Shown: piece by piece, positions 17,141-26,268 of the stretch
Layout of the letters: each line of letters opens with the position of its first letter
How positions within the stretch are numbered: position 1 is the first letter of the stretch
The notes under the pieces: generated by a model
Seen by the model: the letters and a program-made list of their open reading frames with translations, nothing else
The model's database searches: none
Told to the model about the DNA's origin: nothing
Assembly (NCBI GenBank): GCA_016874535.1
Contig: VGUA01000001.1
Coordinates: 107,188-163,455, forward strand
Direction of reading: 5' to 3'
DNA: 56,268 nucleotides
DNA from: Gammaproteobacteria bacterium
Lineage (GTDB): Bacteria; Pseudomonadota; Gammaproteobacteria; Ga0077536
Program-made: the position numbers and the translations under genes

Positions 17141-18451
17141 GGCGAGGCAGTAGGCTGTGAGACGGTGGAACATCTGCAGCACGGAAAGCCAGCAGATGAG
17201 TTCGACGATGGCCTGCGGAGAGATGGCGGACTGTCGACAGCGCTCCACCACATCCGGAGTGATGCGGGCAGGCGTGGGCGCGGCGGCCCGCGCCAGATGC
17301 AATAGGGCGATCGCTGTATCGGTCATCTCCTCCACTGTGATGTCCGCTCCCGCGGCGAAGCTTCTCGCCGATGCAAGCTGCGTCTCGGAAACGCCGTGAT
17401 GAAGAGCCAGCGCCGCCATGTCTTTCGCAAGCGCTGCATTGCCGACAACTTCGGCGAAAATCGTACCGGCCAGAATCTTCTCGCCCACAGGCATCACGCT
17501 GAGTGCGGGATCCAGATTCAGGTTGAGCACCGCGGCGATAGCGCGCACGCAACGCTGGTTGACCAGGCGCCCGAGCACCGGAAAATCATGTCCGGTCTGC
17601 TGCTTGAGATAACGACCCACTTCCGGCCAACGCGATGGCACACGGCGCTGCCAGCGCACGTCCAGCAGAAGGGCGCTGGGCAGGAACCGCAGGATGCGGG
17701 CCTTGCTGACCAAGTTGTCTGCGCCGGGCGGCGGCGTGGTCTTGTCGATGGCAAGGCCCCAGCCCGCACGTCCCGGAGACCATTCGGATCCGAGGGTTGT
17801 CGTCACCTCGGCAACGGTACTCGTCTCCAGCTCCACGCCAGTGGCGTCCATGAATTTGTTCAAGAAGCCCATTGCCACTGCGCCCATGGCAATCCACTCG
17901 GCCTGTGCGCGAGGAAAGTGCGCTTCGAGCGCCGCTCGGTGCTCGGGCGTCAACTCACAGGGCACGCGACCCAGCGCAGTGGCTACCGCTACCACTGCCG
18001 CCTCCGGGGGTGATAGGGCACCTGGCCCGCGCAGAGCGGCCGCAATCGTTTCTGGCGTGGCGCCCCGGCGGAGCGCAAAGGAGCAGGTGTGGGCGGTGCA
18101 GTAGGGACAATCCGCCGCACGACTTGCCATCAGCATGGAAAGCCCAACCTGCGCCTTGGGCGCTCCCCCGATGCCGAACACCGCAGCCGGCAGGTTCATC
18201 AGGTTGGGCACCACAAGATTGTAGGTCCTGAAGGCTGGCGGCCAGATCTCGAGGTAGCGATCGCAATTGGGCACCACGCCAATCAGCGTTCGGACCAGCT
18301 CCATCAGGGCACCATAACGCCCATGGAGCACCGCCATCGGCACGACGTGCGGCAGGAGAAGCTCGGCCAGGCTGTTGGGTGCGGGGATGGCTGACCCGGT
18401 GGTGTCGCCGGAGCCCGCGGTGGATGATGAAAGCTGGGGGGAAGTTGTCAT
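17135..18451 (-). CDS. AhpD/carboxymuconolactone decarboxylase-like protein (two-domain, CxxC)
   Basis: MASRAADCPYCTAHTC motif, then LEAHFPRAQAEWIAMGAVAMGFLNKFMD and a second CMD-like repeat (QAIVELICWLSVLQMFHRL). Confidence 0.65.
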   Translation of the reverse strand: MTTSPQLSSSTAGSGDTTGSAIPAPNSLAELLLPHVVPMAVLHGRYGALMELVRTLIGVVPNCDRYLEIWPPAFRTYNLVVPNLMNLPAAVFGIGGAPKAQVGLSMLMASRAADCPYCTAHTCSFALRRGATPETIAAALRGPGALSPPEAAVVAVATALGRVPCELTPEHRAALEAHFPRAQAEWIAMGAVAMGFLNKFMDATGVELETSTVAEVTTTLGSEWSPGRAGWGLAIDKTTPPPGADNLVSKARILRFLPSALLLDVRWQRRVPSRWPEVGRYLKQQTGHDFPVLGRLVNQRCVRAIAAVLNLNLDPALSVMPVGEKILAGTIFAEVVGNAALAKDMAALALHHGVSETQLASARSFAAGADITVEEMTDTAIALLHLARAAAPTPARITPDVVERCRQSAISPQAIVELICWLSVLQMFHRLTAYCLAT

Positions 18452-18492
18452 GGCGAGCCCGCTTGGGAGATGGCGGTATCATGCCACGAGAA

Positions 18493-18587
18493 GAATTGGT
18501 GACAGTTACCCTATTTCATTCAAGATGAAACATGACGGTCAGCGGGGCTCCGGGGCGACGGAAATAGGGTAACTGTCACCCATTTCC
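18493..18587. repeat. Inverted pair of REP-like units with a ~42-bp spacer (REPIN-like)
   Basis: GAATTGGTGACAGTTACCCTATTTC (18493-18517) and GGAAATAGGGTAACTGTCACCCATTTCC (18560-18587). Confidence 0.92.
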
Positions 18588-18714
18588 AAAAAAATTGCGT
18601 TTCTTTGACAAAAAAATCACGGCGAACCACGATCCCTTGCGCCGGGGGCGTTCACGCTCTCGGCCAGCACCCACCAGGCACAACGCATCCCCCAACACGC
18701 GCAGTGAGGGTTCA

Positions 18715-20058
18715 GTGAAACGAATTCGTGACGGTCTGACCGATTGGCATCTTGAGTACTGCCGCGCGCTCGCCTTGCGGCTGCTCGGCCATGGGCCAAT
18801 CCGCGAGCCTGAGAAAGACACCTTCCACGTCAACCTCACCGACTTCCTGGCTGCGGAGGCTGGCGTGCGCAGTGCCGACATCGCGGGCGTCATCGACATC
18901 CTCGCCGTCACGCGCACGGAGTCGGGCATCAGCCATCACCGCAGCATCAACGATTATCCCAGGGAGCTGGCGCTCAATTATGGTTCGCTGGAGGAGTACC
19001 TGGCGGGTGGAGAATTCCAGGAATACGAGAGCTACGCCGCAGATCCGCTGATCGGCAATCGATGGGTGCAGAATGTGGAAGAAGCCATTCTCATGACCCT
19101 CGGGCACGAGCTCGCGCATCATGTGGTGGCGCTCCAGCGAAAGGGCAGAGATGTCAAACCCCATGGCCCCGAGTTCAAGCATTTCTATTCCCTGATACGT
19201 CGGTTCGCACTCAACCCGATGCTCGATGAGTTCGCCATGGACACCAAGCAGCGCGCCGCAGCGCGCTTCGAGACGCGGCTCATCAACAAAATCCATGCGC
19301 TGCAGAAGATGGCGACGGACGCCACCTCCAACGAGAACGAGGCGGAACGCGCGCTGGCCCAGCTGCAGGCACTGAAGAGCAAATATGGGCTCACGGATAC
19401 CGTCCTTTCAGACAGCACCAAGCCGCACGTCATCGAGCGGACAGTGCCCGTGGTGCGGCGGGAAGGCTACAAGGCGCTCAGCCACCTTTGTTGGGGCATT
19501 GCAAGATTCTGCGGCGTGGAAGCGGTGCTGCATCCAGGGCGACTGGTCAGCTGGCAGGAGATTGAACGCGGGATTCGCAAAGTGCTGTGGACGTATGACT
19601 ACGTCACCTATTTCGGCTCGACGTCCGATACCGAGATGGCCGTGTACCTCAGCGAGATGATCTTCCATTCGCTCTTTGACGAATCCGAGCGCTATCGCAC
19701 GACAGAGGCCTATCGCGAAGCATTGGCAGTCGGCCACAAAAGCCGGACCCTGGTCTTCTCCTTCCGGCGGGCCTTTGTTGCACGCATCAATCGGCGACTG
19801 GAAGAGAGCCGCAAGGCCGTGCGGGAGGAGTGGGTTGCCTCCCGCGCCGATGGACGCGAGCTCATGACCCGCAAGGACGCCACCCTGCAAGCCCTCTTCA
19901 AGCAGCGCTATCCCAGGCTGGGCGCGTTTCAGGGCGGATCATCATCCTCGACTACCATTGGTAGCGCAGACCGGGCAGGCAGATCAGCCGCAGACCGCGT
20001 GAATCTGAACCGTCCGGTGGGGCAGGCGAGGACGCTGGCGCTGGGGCATCGGCGGTAG
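18715..20058 (+). CDS. SprT-like HExxH metallopeptidase fused to a DUF2786-domain protein
   Basis: LGHELAHH...KPHGPEFK, then KIHALQKMATDATSNENEAERALAQLQALKSKYGL, YFGSTSDTEMAVYL and SFRRAFVARINRRL. GTG start after GAGGG. Confidence 0.75.
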   Translation: MKRIRDGLTDWHLEYCRALALRLLGHGPIREPEKDTFHVNLTDFLAAEAGVRSADIAGVIDILAVTRTESGISHHRSINDYPRELALNYGSLEEYLAGGEFQEYESYAADPLIGNRWVQNVEEAILMTLGHELAHHVVALQRKGRDVKPHGPEFKHFYSLIRRFALNPMLDEFAMDTKQRAAARFETRLINKIHALQKMATDATSNENEAERALAQLQALKSKYGLTDTVLSDSTKPHVIERTVPVVRREGYKALSHLCWGIARFCGVEAVLHPGRLVSWQEIERGIRKVLWTYDYVTYFGSTSDTEMAVYLSEMIFHSLFDESERYRTTEAYREALAVGHKSRTLVFSFRRAFVARINRRLEESRKAVREEWVASRADGRELMTRKDATLQALFKQRYPRLGAFQGGSSSSTTIGSADRAGRSAADRVNLNRPVGQARTLALGHRR

Positions 20059-20070
20059 GGCGGGCTCTCC
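20022..20070 (+). repeat. 49-bp direct repeat, left copy (3' end of the SprT-DUF2786 gene)
   Basis: GCAGGCGAGGACGCTGGCGCTGGGGCATCGGCGGTAGGGCGGGCTCTCC, 46/49 identical to 28376-28424. Confidence 0.93.
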
Positions 20071-20101
20071 TGTGCCGCTCGGGCCCGCCATCGATCTTCC
20101 G

Positions 20102-21475
20102 TTACGGCGCTACGCTGGGTCGCTGAGGCGATGCTCCGCCATCCTCCAGCAGCACCGCCCGGGTCGCTGCCACCATGTGATCGATGTCCGCTTCGGTGTG
20201 CGCCGTACACAGGAAGCCGAGCCGGCCGGCATAGAAGTAGAGGCCGTGGCTCAGCAAAGCTTCGTGCAGCCTGCGGATCTTGGCGTGGTCCGCGTCCTCC
20301 GCTTCGCGCGCCGAGCGGACGTCCGCCGCGGTGAAATGCAGGTGGAACAGTGATCCGAGCCCCGTCACACACGTCGGCAGGCCAAGATCCGCCACCACGC
20401 GCCGCAATCCCTCACGCGCGCGTTCACCCAGTTTCAGCAGGTGCGCCTCGCCACCCGCCTCCAGTGCACGCAAGGTGGCAAGCCCGGCAGCAAGGCTCAG
20501 CGGCAGCGCGCTGTAAGTGCCGGACTGGAACACGTAGTCATGCGGATGCGCTGTCGCCGACAGCCACTGCATGAGCTCCGCACGGCCGCCAAATGCCGCC
20601 AGCGGCAGGCCGCCGCCGATGGCCTTACCGAGGATCGTGAGATCCGGCACCACGCCGTAATGTCCCTGGCCGCCGCCCAGGCCCACGCGGAAACCCGTGA
20701 TCACTTCGTCCAGCGCGAGCACGATGCCGTGGCGCGCCGTGACGTCGCGGAGCGCATGCACGAACTCGCGTGTGGCCGGCACCGCGCCCGCGAAACCGAG
20801 CATGGGCTCCATCAGCACGATCGCCAGATCTTTGGCATGCCGTTCGATTAGCGCGCACGCGGCGTCCGCATCGTTGTAGGGCAGCACCACGGTCAGCGCA
20901 GCCAGTTCTTCCGGCAACATGCAGTGATACGGCACCCGCGCGGGCGCGGCGGCCGGACCACGCTCGTCGGCTGGCGCGGCGACGGAGACCATCACGTTGT
21001 CCGCCTGCCCGTGGTATGCGCCTTCGAACTTGGCGATCAGCTTGCGTCCGGTCGCCCGTCGCGCAACGCGGATGGCGGCCTGCACCGCTTCTGTCCCGGT
21101 GGGCAGAAAACGCAGTCGCTCCAGGCTCGGCATCATGCGCTGAATGGTTTCCGCGAGCTCGACCTGGCGCTCCGTGACGGCGATATTCGGCAGCCCTTCC
21201 CCAAGCACCGCCTGCACGGCGCTGACGATGTCCGGATGCTGGTGTCCGAGGATCGCCGGGCCTGCACCCAGCATGAAGTCGATATATGCGTTGCCATCCA
21301 CGTCGTACAGCCGTGCGCCTTCGGCGCGCGTGAGGTACAGCGGATGTGGTGCCCGCGCCTGCGAATACCCGCCCACACCGTCTGGAAACACCTGCAGTGC
21401 GCGGGCATGCAAGGCCTGCGAGCGGGCAAACGACGGGGCAGTCACGGCAAAGGGGGTGCGTTCAGGACGATTCAT
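20102..21475 (-). CDS. Class III aminotransferase (glutamate-1-semialdehyde aminomutase-like)
   Basis: YDVDGNAYIDFMLGAGPAILGH, TGTEAV, KFEGAYHG, DEVITGFR and LGKAIGGGLP motifs. Confidence 0.9.
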   Translation of the reverse strand: MNRPERTPFAVTAPSFARSQALHARALQVFPDGVGGYSQARAPHPLYLTRAEGARLYDVDGNAYIDFMLGAGPAILGHQHPDIVSAVQAVLGEGLPNIAVTERQVELAETIQRMMPSLERLRFLPTGTEAVQAAIRVARRATGRKLIAKFEGAYHGQADNVMVSVAAPADERGPAAAPARVPYHCMLPEELAALTVVLPYNDADAACALIERHAKDLAIVLMEPMLGFAGAVPATREFVHALRDVTARHGIVLALDEVITGFRVGLGGGQGHYGVVPDLTILGKAIGGGLPLAAFGGRAELMQWLSATAHPHDYVFQSGTYSALPLSLAAGLATLRALEAGGEAHLLKLGERAREGLRRVVADLGLPTCVTGLGSLFHLHFTAADVRSAREAEDADHAKIRRLHEALLSHGLYFYAGRLGFLCTAHTEADIDHMVAATRAVLLEDGGASPQRPSVAP

Positions 21476-22206
21476 GGATGGTCCTCCTCGACGAGTCTGG
21501 GGCCGGCCGCCGTGCCTGCGCGTTGCGCGACGTCGCGCACGAACGCGCGAAGCGCGCGGATGTCGGATTGTTTCTCACGCCGCGCACGCGGGGCATCATG
21601 CGCGGCGAGCGCCGCCACCAGTGCCGCATGGTTGATCCAGCTCTGATGGTAGTAATCAGGCCGCTCGCGCAGCATCACGCGAACGGCAGCAGTACAATGC
21701 GGCACACTCTTCAGGCGCAGCAGCTCGATCATCTGCAGCAGCAACGGGCTACGCGCCGCGCGATAGATGGCGAACTGGAACGCGTTGTTGCGCTCGAGCA
21801 CCGGGTGCAGGTCGCCCGCCTCGCCAGCGTTCTGCAGGCTGTCCCCCAGCACGCGGATCTCGGCGAGCTCGGCCGCGGTGATATGGCGCGCCGCGCGCGC
21901 GCAGGCCTCGCCTTCCAGCTGCACCCGCAGCGACCACACGTCCTCCGCTTCCTCGTCGCTCAGCAGCGGCAGGCGAATGCCGCGCTTCGGCATCACCACC
22001 AGCGCGTTCTCTGCGGACAGCCGTGTGATGGCCTCGCGCACCGGCATCACGCTGGTGCCGAGCTGTTCGGCGACCTGGCGGAGCGTCAGTGTGGTGCCGG
22101 GCCCGATGCGGCCGGACACAAGCGCGTGCTTCAGGCGCGCGTATGCGAGCTCGTTCAAGGTGGCATGCTCGATGGGCGCGAGCGTCGGCGGGACTGGCGT
22201 GTTCAT
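21472..22206 (-). CDS. GntR-family transcriptional regulator (FCD domain)
   Basis: LTLRQVAEQLGTSVMPVREAITRL wHTH and NNAFQFAIY...HAALVAAL FCD. ATGA overlap with the aminotransferase. Confidence 0.9.
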   Translation of the reverse strand: MNTPVPPTLAPIEHATLNELAYARLKHALVSGRIGPGTTLTLRQVAEQLGTSVMPVREAITRLSAENALVVMPKRGIRLPLLSDEEAEDVWSLRVQLEGEACARAARHITAAELAEIRVLGDSLQNAGEAGDLHPVLERNNAFQFAIYRAARSPLLLQMIELLRLKSVPHCTAAVRVMLRERPDYYHQSWINHAALVAALAAHDAPRARREKQSDIRALRAFVRDVAQRAGTAAGPRLVEEDHP

Positions 22207-22215
22207 GGCCCGATG

Positions 22216-22245
22216 TTGACATCTGTGATCACAGATTTCTAGACT
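22216..22245 (+). promoter_or_regulatory. Sigma70-like promoter with a 16-bp perfect palindromic operator
   Basis: TTGACA (22216-22221), 18-nt spacer, TAGACT (22240-22245). ATCTGTGATCACAGAT (22221-22236) fills the spacer. Confidence 0.75.
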
Positions 22246-22282
22246 CCGGGCCAAGTGCACACAAACGGGGGCGAGGCACGGT

Positions 22283-24382
22283 ATGGCCGATCTCGACACG
22301 GCGCGCGGCTGGCGAATCAGCGTGGACACCGGCGGTACGTTCACAGACGTCGTGATTGCGGATCCCACGGGCCGCTTCACGCTGGGCAAGGCGCCGACCA
22401 CGCGCGAGCGCATCTTCAACGGCCTGCGCAACGCCATCTCAACTGCGGCGGAGACCCTCGGTCTCACGCTACCCGATGTGCTCGCACGCACAGACATCCT
22501 GATCTACGGCACCACGCGCGCCACGAACGCCATCGTCACCGGTAACATCGCGAAGACCGCCTTCCTGACCACCGCCGGGTTTCCAGACGTGCTGGTGCTG
22601 CGCGAAGGAGGCAAATTCAATCCCCACGATTTCTCCCGGCCGTACCCGGCGCCCTATGTCCCGCGTCGGCACACCTTCGAGATCCCCGAACGCATCGATG
22701 CCCAGGGTCGCGTGGTGCAGGCGCTGGACGAGGGGCAGGCGCGCGACGTGCTCAAGACGCTCGGCGCAAGCGGTTTCGAGGCGATCGCCGTGTCGCTCCT
22801 GTGGGCCACAGCCAATCCCGTGCACGAGCAGCGCCTCGGCGCGCTGATCGAAGATCTGCTGCCCGGGCTGCCGTTCACCCTGAGCCACCGGCTGAATCCA
22901 ATCCTGCGCGAGTACCGGCGTGCCTCGTCGGTGGCGATCGACGCGTCCATCAAGCCCCTGATGCAGGCACACCTGCGCGACCTGCAGGCGGATCTGCGCG
23001 ACGCCGGCTACGCGGGTGAGATCCTGGTCAGTACCACGATGGGCGGCTGCCTCGATATCGACAGCGTCGTCGCCCGGCCGATCCACACCGTGCGCTCCGG
23101 ACCCGCGATGGCCCCAGTGGCCGGTCGGCGCTACGCGGCCGCGGAGGGCGAGCAGGAATCCGTGCTGGTCGTCGACACCGGGGGCACCACGTTCGACGTG
23201 AGCCTCATCCGCGACGGTCGCATCGCGATCACGCAGGAGACCTGGCTCGGCGAGCGCTTCACCAGCCACATGCTGGGGATCCCGGCGGTGGACGCGCGCA
23301 GCGTCGGTGCCGGCGGCGGCTCCATCGCGTGGCTGGACCCCGCGGGCCTGCTCCGCGTGGGGCCGCAGAGCGCCGGCGCGAACCCCGGGCCAGCCTGCTA
23401 CCAGCAGGGCGGCACGGCCGCCACAGTGACCGATGCCGCGCTCGTGCTCGGTTACATCGACCCGAACTACTTCCTCGGTGGTCGCATGCGCCTCGATGTG
23501 GATGCTGCGCGCCGCGCCGTGCAGGCAATCGCCGAGCCCCTCGGCCTTACGGTTGAGGCCGCCGCGTATTCCATCTTCGCGGTCTCCAACGAAGCCATGA
23601 TCAACGCGATCAAGGACATCACGGTCAGCGAAGGCATCGATCCATCGGAGGCGGTGATCGTGGCGGGCGGTGGCGCCGCCGGGTTGGGCATCCTGCCGAT
23701 TGCGCGCGAACTGCGCTGCCGCTCGGTGATCATCCCGCGCACGGCGAGCGTGCTGTCAGCCTGCGGCATGCAGTTCTCCGAACTCCAGCTGGAGGCCAGC
23801 GCGAGCGTACCAACGCGCTCCACCGCGTTCGACCCGGCCCGCGTGAACCAGGCGCTCGACGGCATCGATGCCGCGCTCGAGAGCTTCGCGACGCGCCTCG
23901 CCGCGCGCGGCTTCACCGAACGCCGCATCCAGTATCGGGTTGACGCGCATTACGGCGCGCAGGTGTGGGACCTGCCGATCGATCTGCCATGCCGACGTTT
24001 TGCCACCGCCGAAGACGCCGAGGCACTGTTCGAAGCCTTCCACCAGAGCCACCTGCGCGTGTTCAGCGTGGATGATCGCGCGAGCCCCATCGAGTTCATC
24101 GGCTGGACCGGTCGGGTGTCCATCCGCCTGCCGCAGGCCGCCGACGGGCCGGAAGAGGTGGACTCGGTGGCACGGACCACGCAGGCCGGTACGCGCAGCG
24201 CACTGTTCGATCTAGATGATCGCCGTGACGCGCGTATCTACCGTGGCGATGCGATCCGCGTGGGCGACAAGATCGAGGGGCCCGCGATCATCGAGGAAGC
24301 CACCACCACCCTGGTTCTGCCGCCCGGCGCGCGTGTGACGCTCTCGCCGCACGGCAGCTATGTCGCCACCCTGGATCTTTGA
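22283..24382 (+). CDS. Hydantoinase/oxoprolinase subunit A (ATP-dependent lactam hydrolase)
   Basis: SVDTGGTFTD, GTTRATNA, SGPA, DTGGTTFDVS, GAGGGSIAW and GPQSAGANPGPACY motifs. Confidence 0.93.
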   Translation: MADLDTARGWRISVDTGGTFTDVVIADPTGRFTLGKAPTTRERIFNGLRNAISTAAETLGLTLPDVLARTDILIYGTTRATNAIVTGNIAKTAFLTTAGFPDVLVLREGGKFNPHDFSRPYPAPYVPRRHTFEIPERIDAQGRVVQALDEGQARDVLKTLGASGFEAIAVSLLWATANPVHEQRLGALIEDLLPGLPFTLSHRLNPILREYRRASSVAIDASIKPLMQAHLRDLQADLRDAGYAGEILVSTTMGGCLDIDSVVARPIHTVRSGPAMAPVAGRRYAAAEGEQESVLVVDTGGTTFDVSLIRDGRIAITQETWLGERFTSHMLGIPAVDARSVGAGGGSIAWLDPAGLLRVGPQSAGANPGPACYQQGGTAATVTDAALVLGYIDPNYFLGGRMRLDVDAARRAVQAIAEPLGLTVEAAAYSIFAVSNEAMINAIKDITVSEGIDPSEAVIVAGGGAAGLGILPIARELRCRSVIIPRTASVLSACGMQFSELQLEASASVPTRSTAFDPARVNQALDGIDAALESFATRLAARGFTERRIQYRVDAHYGAQVWDLPIDLPCRRFATAEDAEALFEAFHQSHLRVFSVDDRASPIEFIGWTGRVSIRLPQAADGPEEVDSVARTTQAGTRSALFDLDDRRDARIYRGDAIRVGDKIEGPAIIEEATTTLVLPPGARVTLSPHGSYVATLDL

Positions 24383-24392
24383 GGAACCCCCG

Positions 24393-26198
24393 ATGGCTGC
24401 CGACACACCAATCTCGACCGTCCGCGACACTGACCTCTCACCAATGCTGCTCGCGGTGCTCGCAAACCGCTTCGATGGCGTGGTGCGGGAGATGACCAAC
24501 ACAATGCTGCGCACCGGCCGCTCGGCGGTCATCAACAGCGCGCGTGACTTCTCCTGCGGCATCACCACCGCCGACAACGAGCTCTTTGCCACTGCCGAGG
24601 GGCTGCCGGCGCACACTTACGGCCTGAACCTGCAGACCGCCGCGATGTGCCGCTTCCACGCCGACATCGCGGAGGGGGATGCATTCCTCCACAACGATCC
24701 CTACAGCGGCAACTCGCATCCCGCGGACCACACCCTGATCGTGCCGGTGTTCTGGGAAGGCGAGCACCTGTTCAACGTCTGCGCGAAGGCCCACCAAGCA
24801 GACATCGGCAACAGCCTGCCGACCACCTACCACGCGGCGGCCAGGAACATCTACGAGGAGGGCGCGCTGATCTTCCCCGCGGTGCGCGTGCAGCGGAACT
24901 TCGAGAGCAACATGGACATCATCCGGATGTGCCAGCGGCGCATTCGCGTGCCGGACTACTGGTATGGGGATTTCCTGTCGATGCTCGGCTCCGCACGCAC
25001 CGGCGAGAAGCGCATCCACGACATCTGCCGCAAATACGGCAAGGCCATCATCAGGCGCTTCGTCACCCAGTGGTTCGACTACAGCGAGCAGCGGATGCGC
25101 CAGGCGATTGCCGAGCTGCCAGCCGCGACCATCGTGCGTGAAAGCTTTCACGACCCTATCCCGCCGTTCCGCGACGACCCGATCCCTGTGCGCGTGAAAG
25201 TGACCATAGATCCGCAGGCACAGACCGTCGAGCTGGATCTCACGTCCAACATCGACTGCATGGACAACGGGCTCAATCTCTCCGAGGCCTGCGCGATCAG
25301 CAATTCGGTGGCCGGCGTGTACAACTGCCTGCCATCGGACATCCCGCGCAACGGCGGCTCCTATCGCTGCATCCGCATGAAGCTGCGCGAAGGCGCCGCG
25401 ATCGGCATCCCGCGCTTCCCGCACAGCTGCTCGGTCGCCACCACCAATGTCTCCGAGCGCCTGCTGAACAACGTGCAGGCCGCGCTCGCAGATCTGGGCG
25501 AGGGCTATGGACTCGCCGAGGGCGGTATCGGGATGGGCGCGGGTTTCTGTGTGATTTCCGGGCTCGATGCGCGCAACGACAATCATCCGTACGTCAACCA
25601 GCTCATCATCGGCAACAATGGCGGCCCCGCGTCGCCGGTGTGCGACGGCTGGATCACCTACGGCATCCCGGTCGTCGCCGGCCTGATGTACCGCGACAGC
25701 GTGGAGATCAGCGAGCTCTCGTATCCCATCCACTATCGCGAGATGCGGCTCGCACCGGACACTTCCGGCGCCGGTCGGTTCCGGGGCGCGCCGGCGCTGT
25801 GCATGACGTATGGGCCAAGCGGCAATCCGATGACCGTGGTGTTCGCGGCCGACGGCCAGACCCGTCCGGCCCGCGGCGTGCGCGGCGGGAACGACGGTAA
25901 CGTCGGCCGCATGGATCTGATCGACGAGCAGGGCACCGAGAAGCAGATGCTGAACGTGGGGCAGGTGGAGATGCGTCCCGGACAGTGGCTGCGAGGACTC
26001 GACACAGGAGGTGGTGGTTACGGCGATCCCCTGACCCGCGATCCCGATCAGGTACGCCTGGATGTCCTCGAACGCTATGTATCGCTCGGGCACGCACGCG
26101 AGCTCTACGGCGTGGTGTTCACCGGCCGCGCGGAAGACGAATCGCTCGCCGTGGACAGCGCAGCCACCGCGCGCGAGCGCGCGCGCCGCGCGAAATAG
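24393..26198 (+). CDS. Hydantoinase B/oxoprolinase subunit B
   Basis: RDFSCGI, HNDPYSGNSHPAD, HQADIG, GAGRFRGA and GGGGYGDP motifs. GAGG RBS before ATG 24393. Confidence 0.93.
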   Translation: MAADTPISTVRDTDLSPMLLAVLANRFDGVVREMTNTMLRTGRSAVINSARDFSCGITTADNELFATAEGLPAHTYGLNLQTAAMCRFHADIAEGDAFLHNDPYSGNSHPADHTLIVPVFWEGEHLFNVCAKAHQADIGNSLPTTYHAAARNIYEEGALIFPAVRVQRNFESNMDIIRMCQRRIRVPDYWYGDFLSMLGSARTGEKRIHDICRKYGKAIIRRFVTQWFDYSEQRMRQAIAELPAATIVRESFHDPIPPFRDDPIPVRVKVTIDPQAQTVELDLTSNIDCMDNGLNLSEACAISNSVAGVYNCLPSDIPRNGGSYRCIRMKLREGAAIGIPRFPHSCSVATTNVSERLLNNVQAALADLGEGYGLAEGGIGMGAGFCVISGLDARNDNHPYVNQLIIGNNGGPASPVCDGWITYGIPVVAGLMYRDSVEISELSYPIHYREMRLAPDTSGAGRFRGAPALCMTYGPSGNPMTVVFAADGQTRPARGVRGGNDGNVGRMDLIDEQGTEKQMLNVGQVEMRPGQWLRGLDTGGGGYGDPLTRDPDQVRLDVLERYVSLGHARELYGVVFTGRAEDESLAVDSAATARERARRAK

Positions 26199-26268
26199 GC
26201 ACACACGAGGGACAGACCCGGTTTGCCCCGGGAATGTGGGTTGCCCTCTTTTTCCACTGGAGTTGACG

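Noticed and set aside
13746-18587. Repeat clusters as a CRISPR array
   Set aside because: Copies are in mixed orientation and separated by whole genes or 3-42 bp linkers rather than uniform spacers, and there are no cas genes.
13746-18587. Repeats as integron attC sites
   Set aside because: No RYYYAAC...GTTRRRY bounded 55-140 bp structures (GTTACCC does not fit GTTRRRY), cargo lies on both strands, and no intI is present.
20102-21475. Calling this gene hemL
   Set aside because: Family motifs are present, but the catabolic context and divergent N-terminal substrate motif (DGVGGYSQAR) argue for a paralog, so the symbol was withheld.
26208-26250. GAGGGACAGACCC...GGGTTGCCCTC imperfect inverted repeat after hydantoinase B as a second REP family
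   Set aside because: Single degenerate occurrence with no other copy seen in the window.
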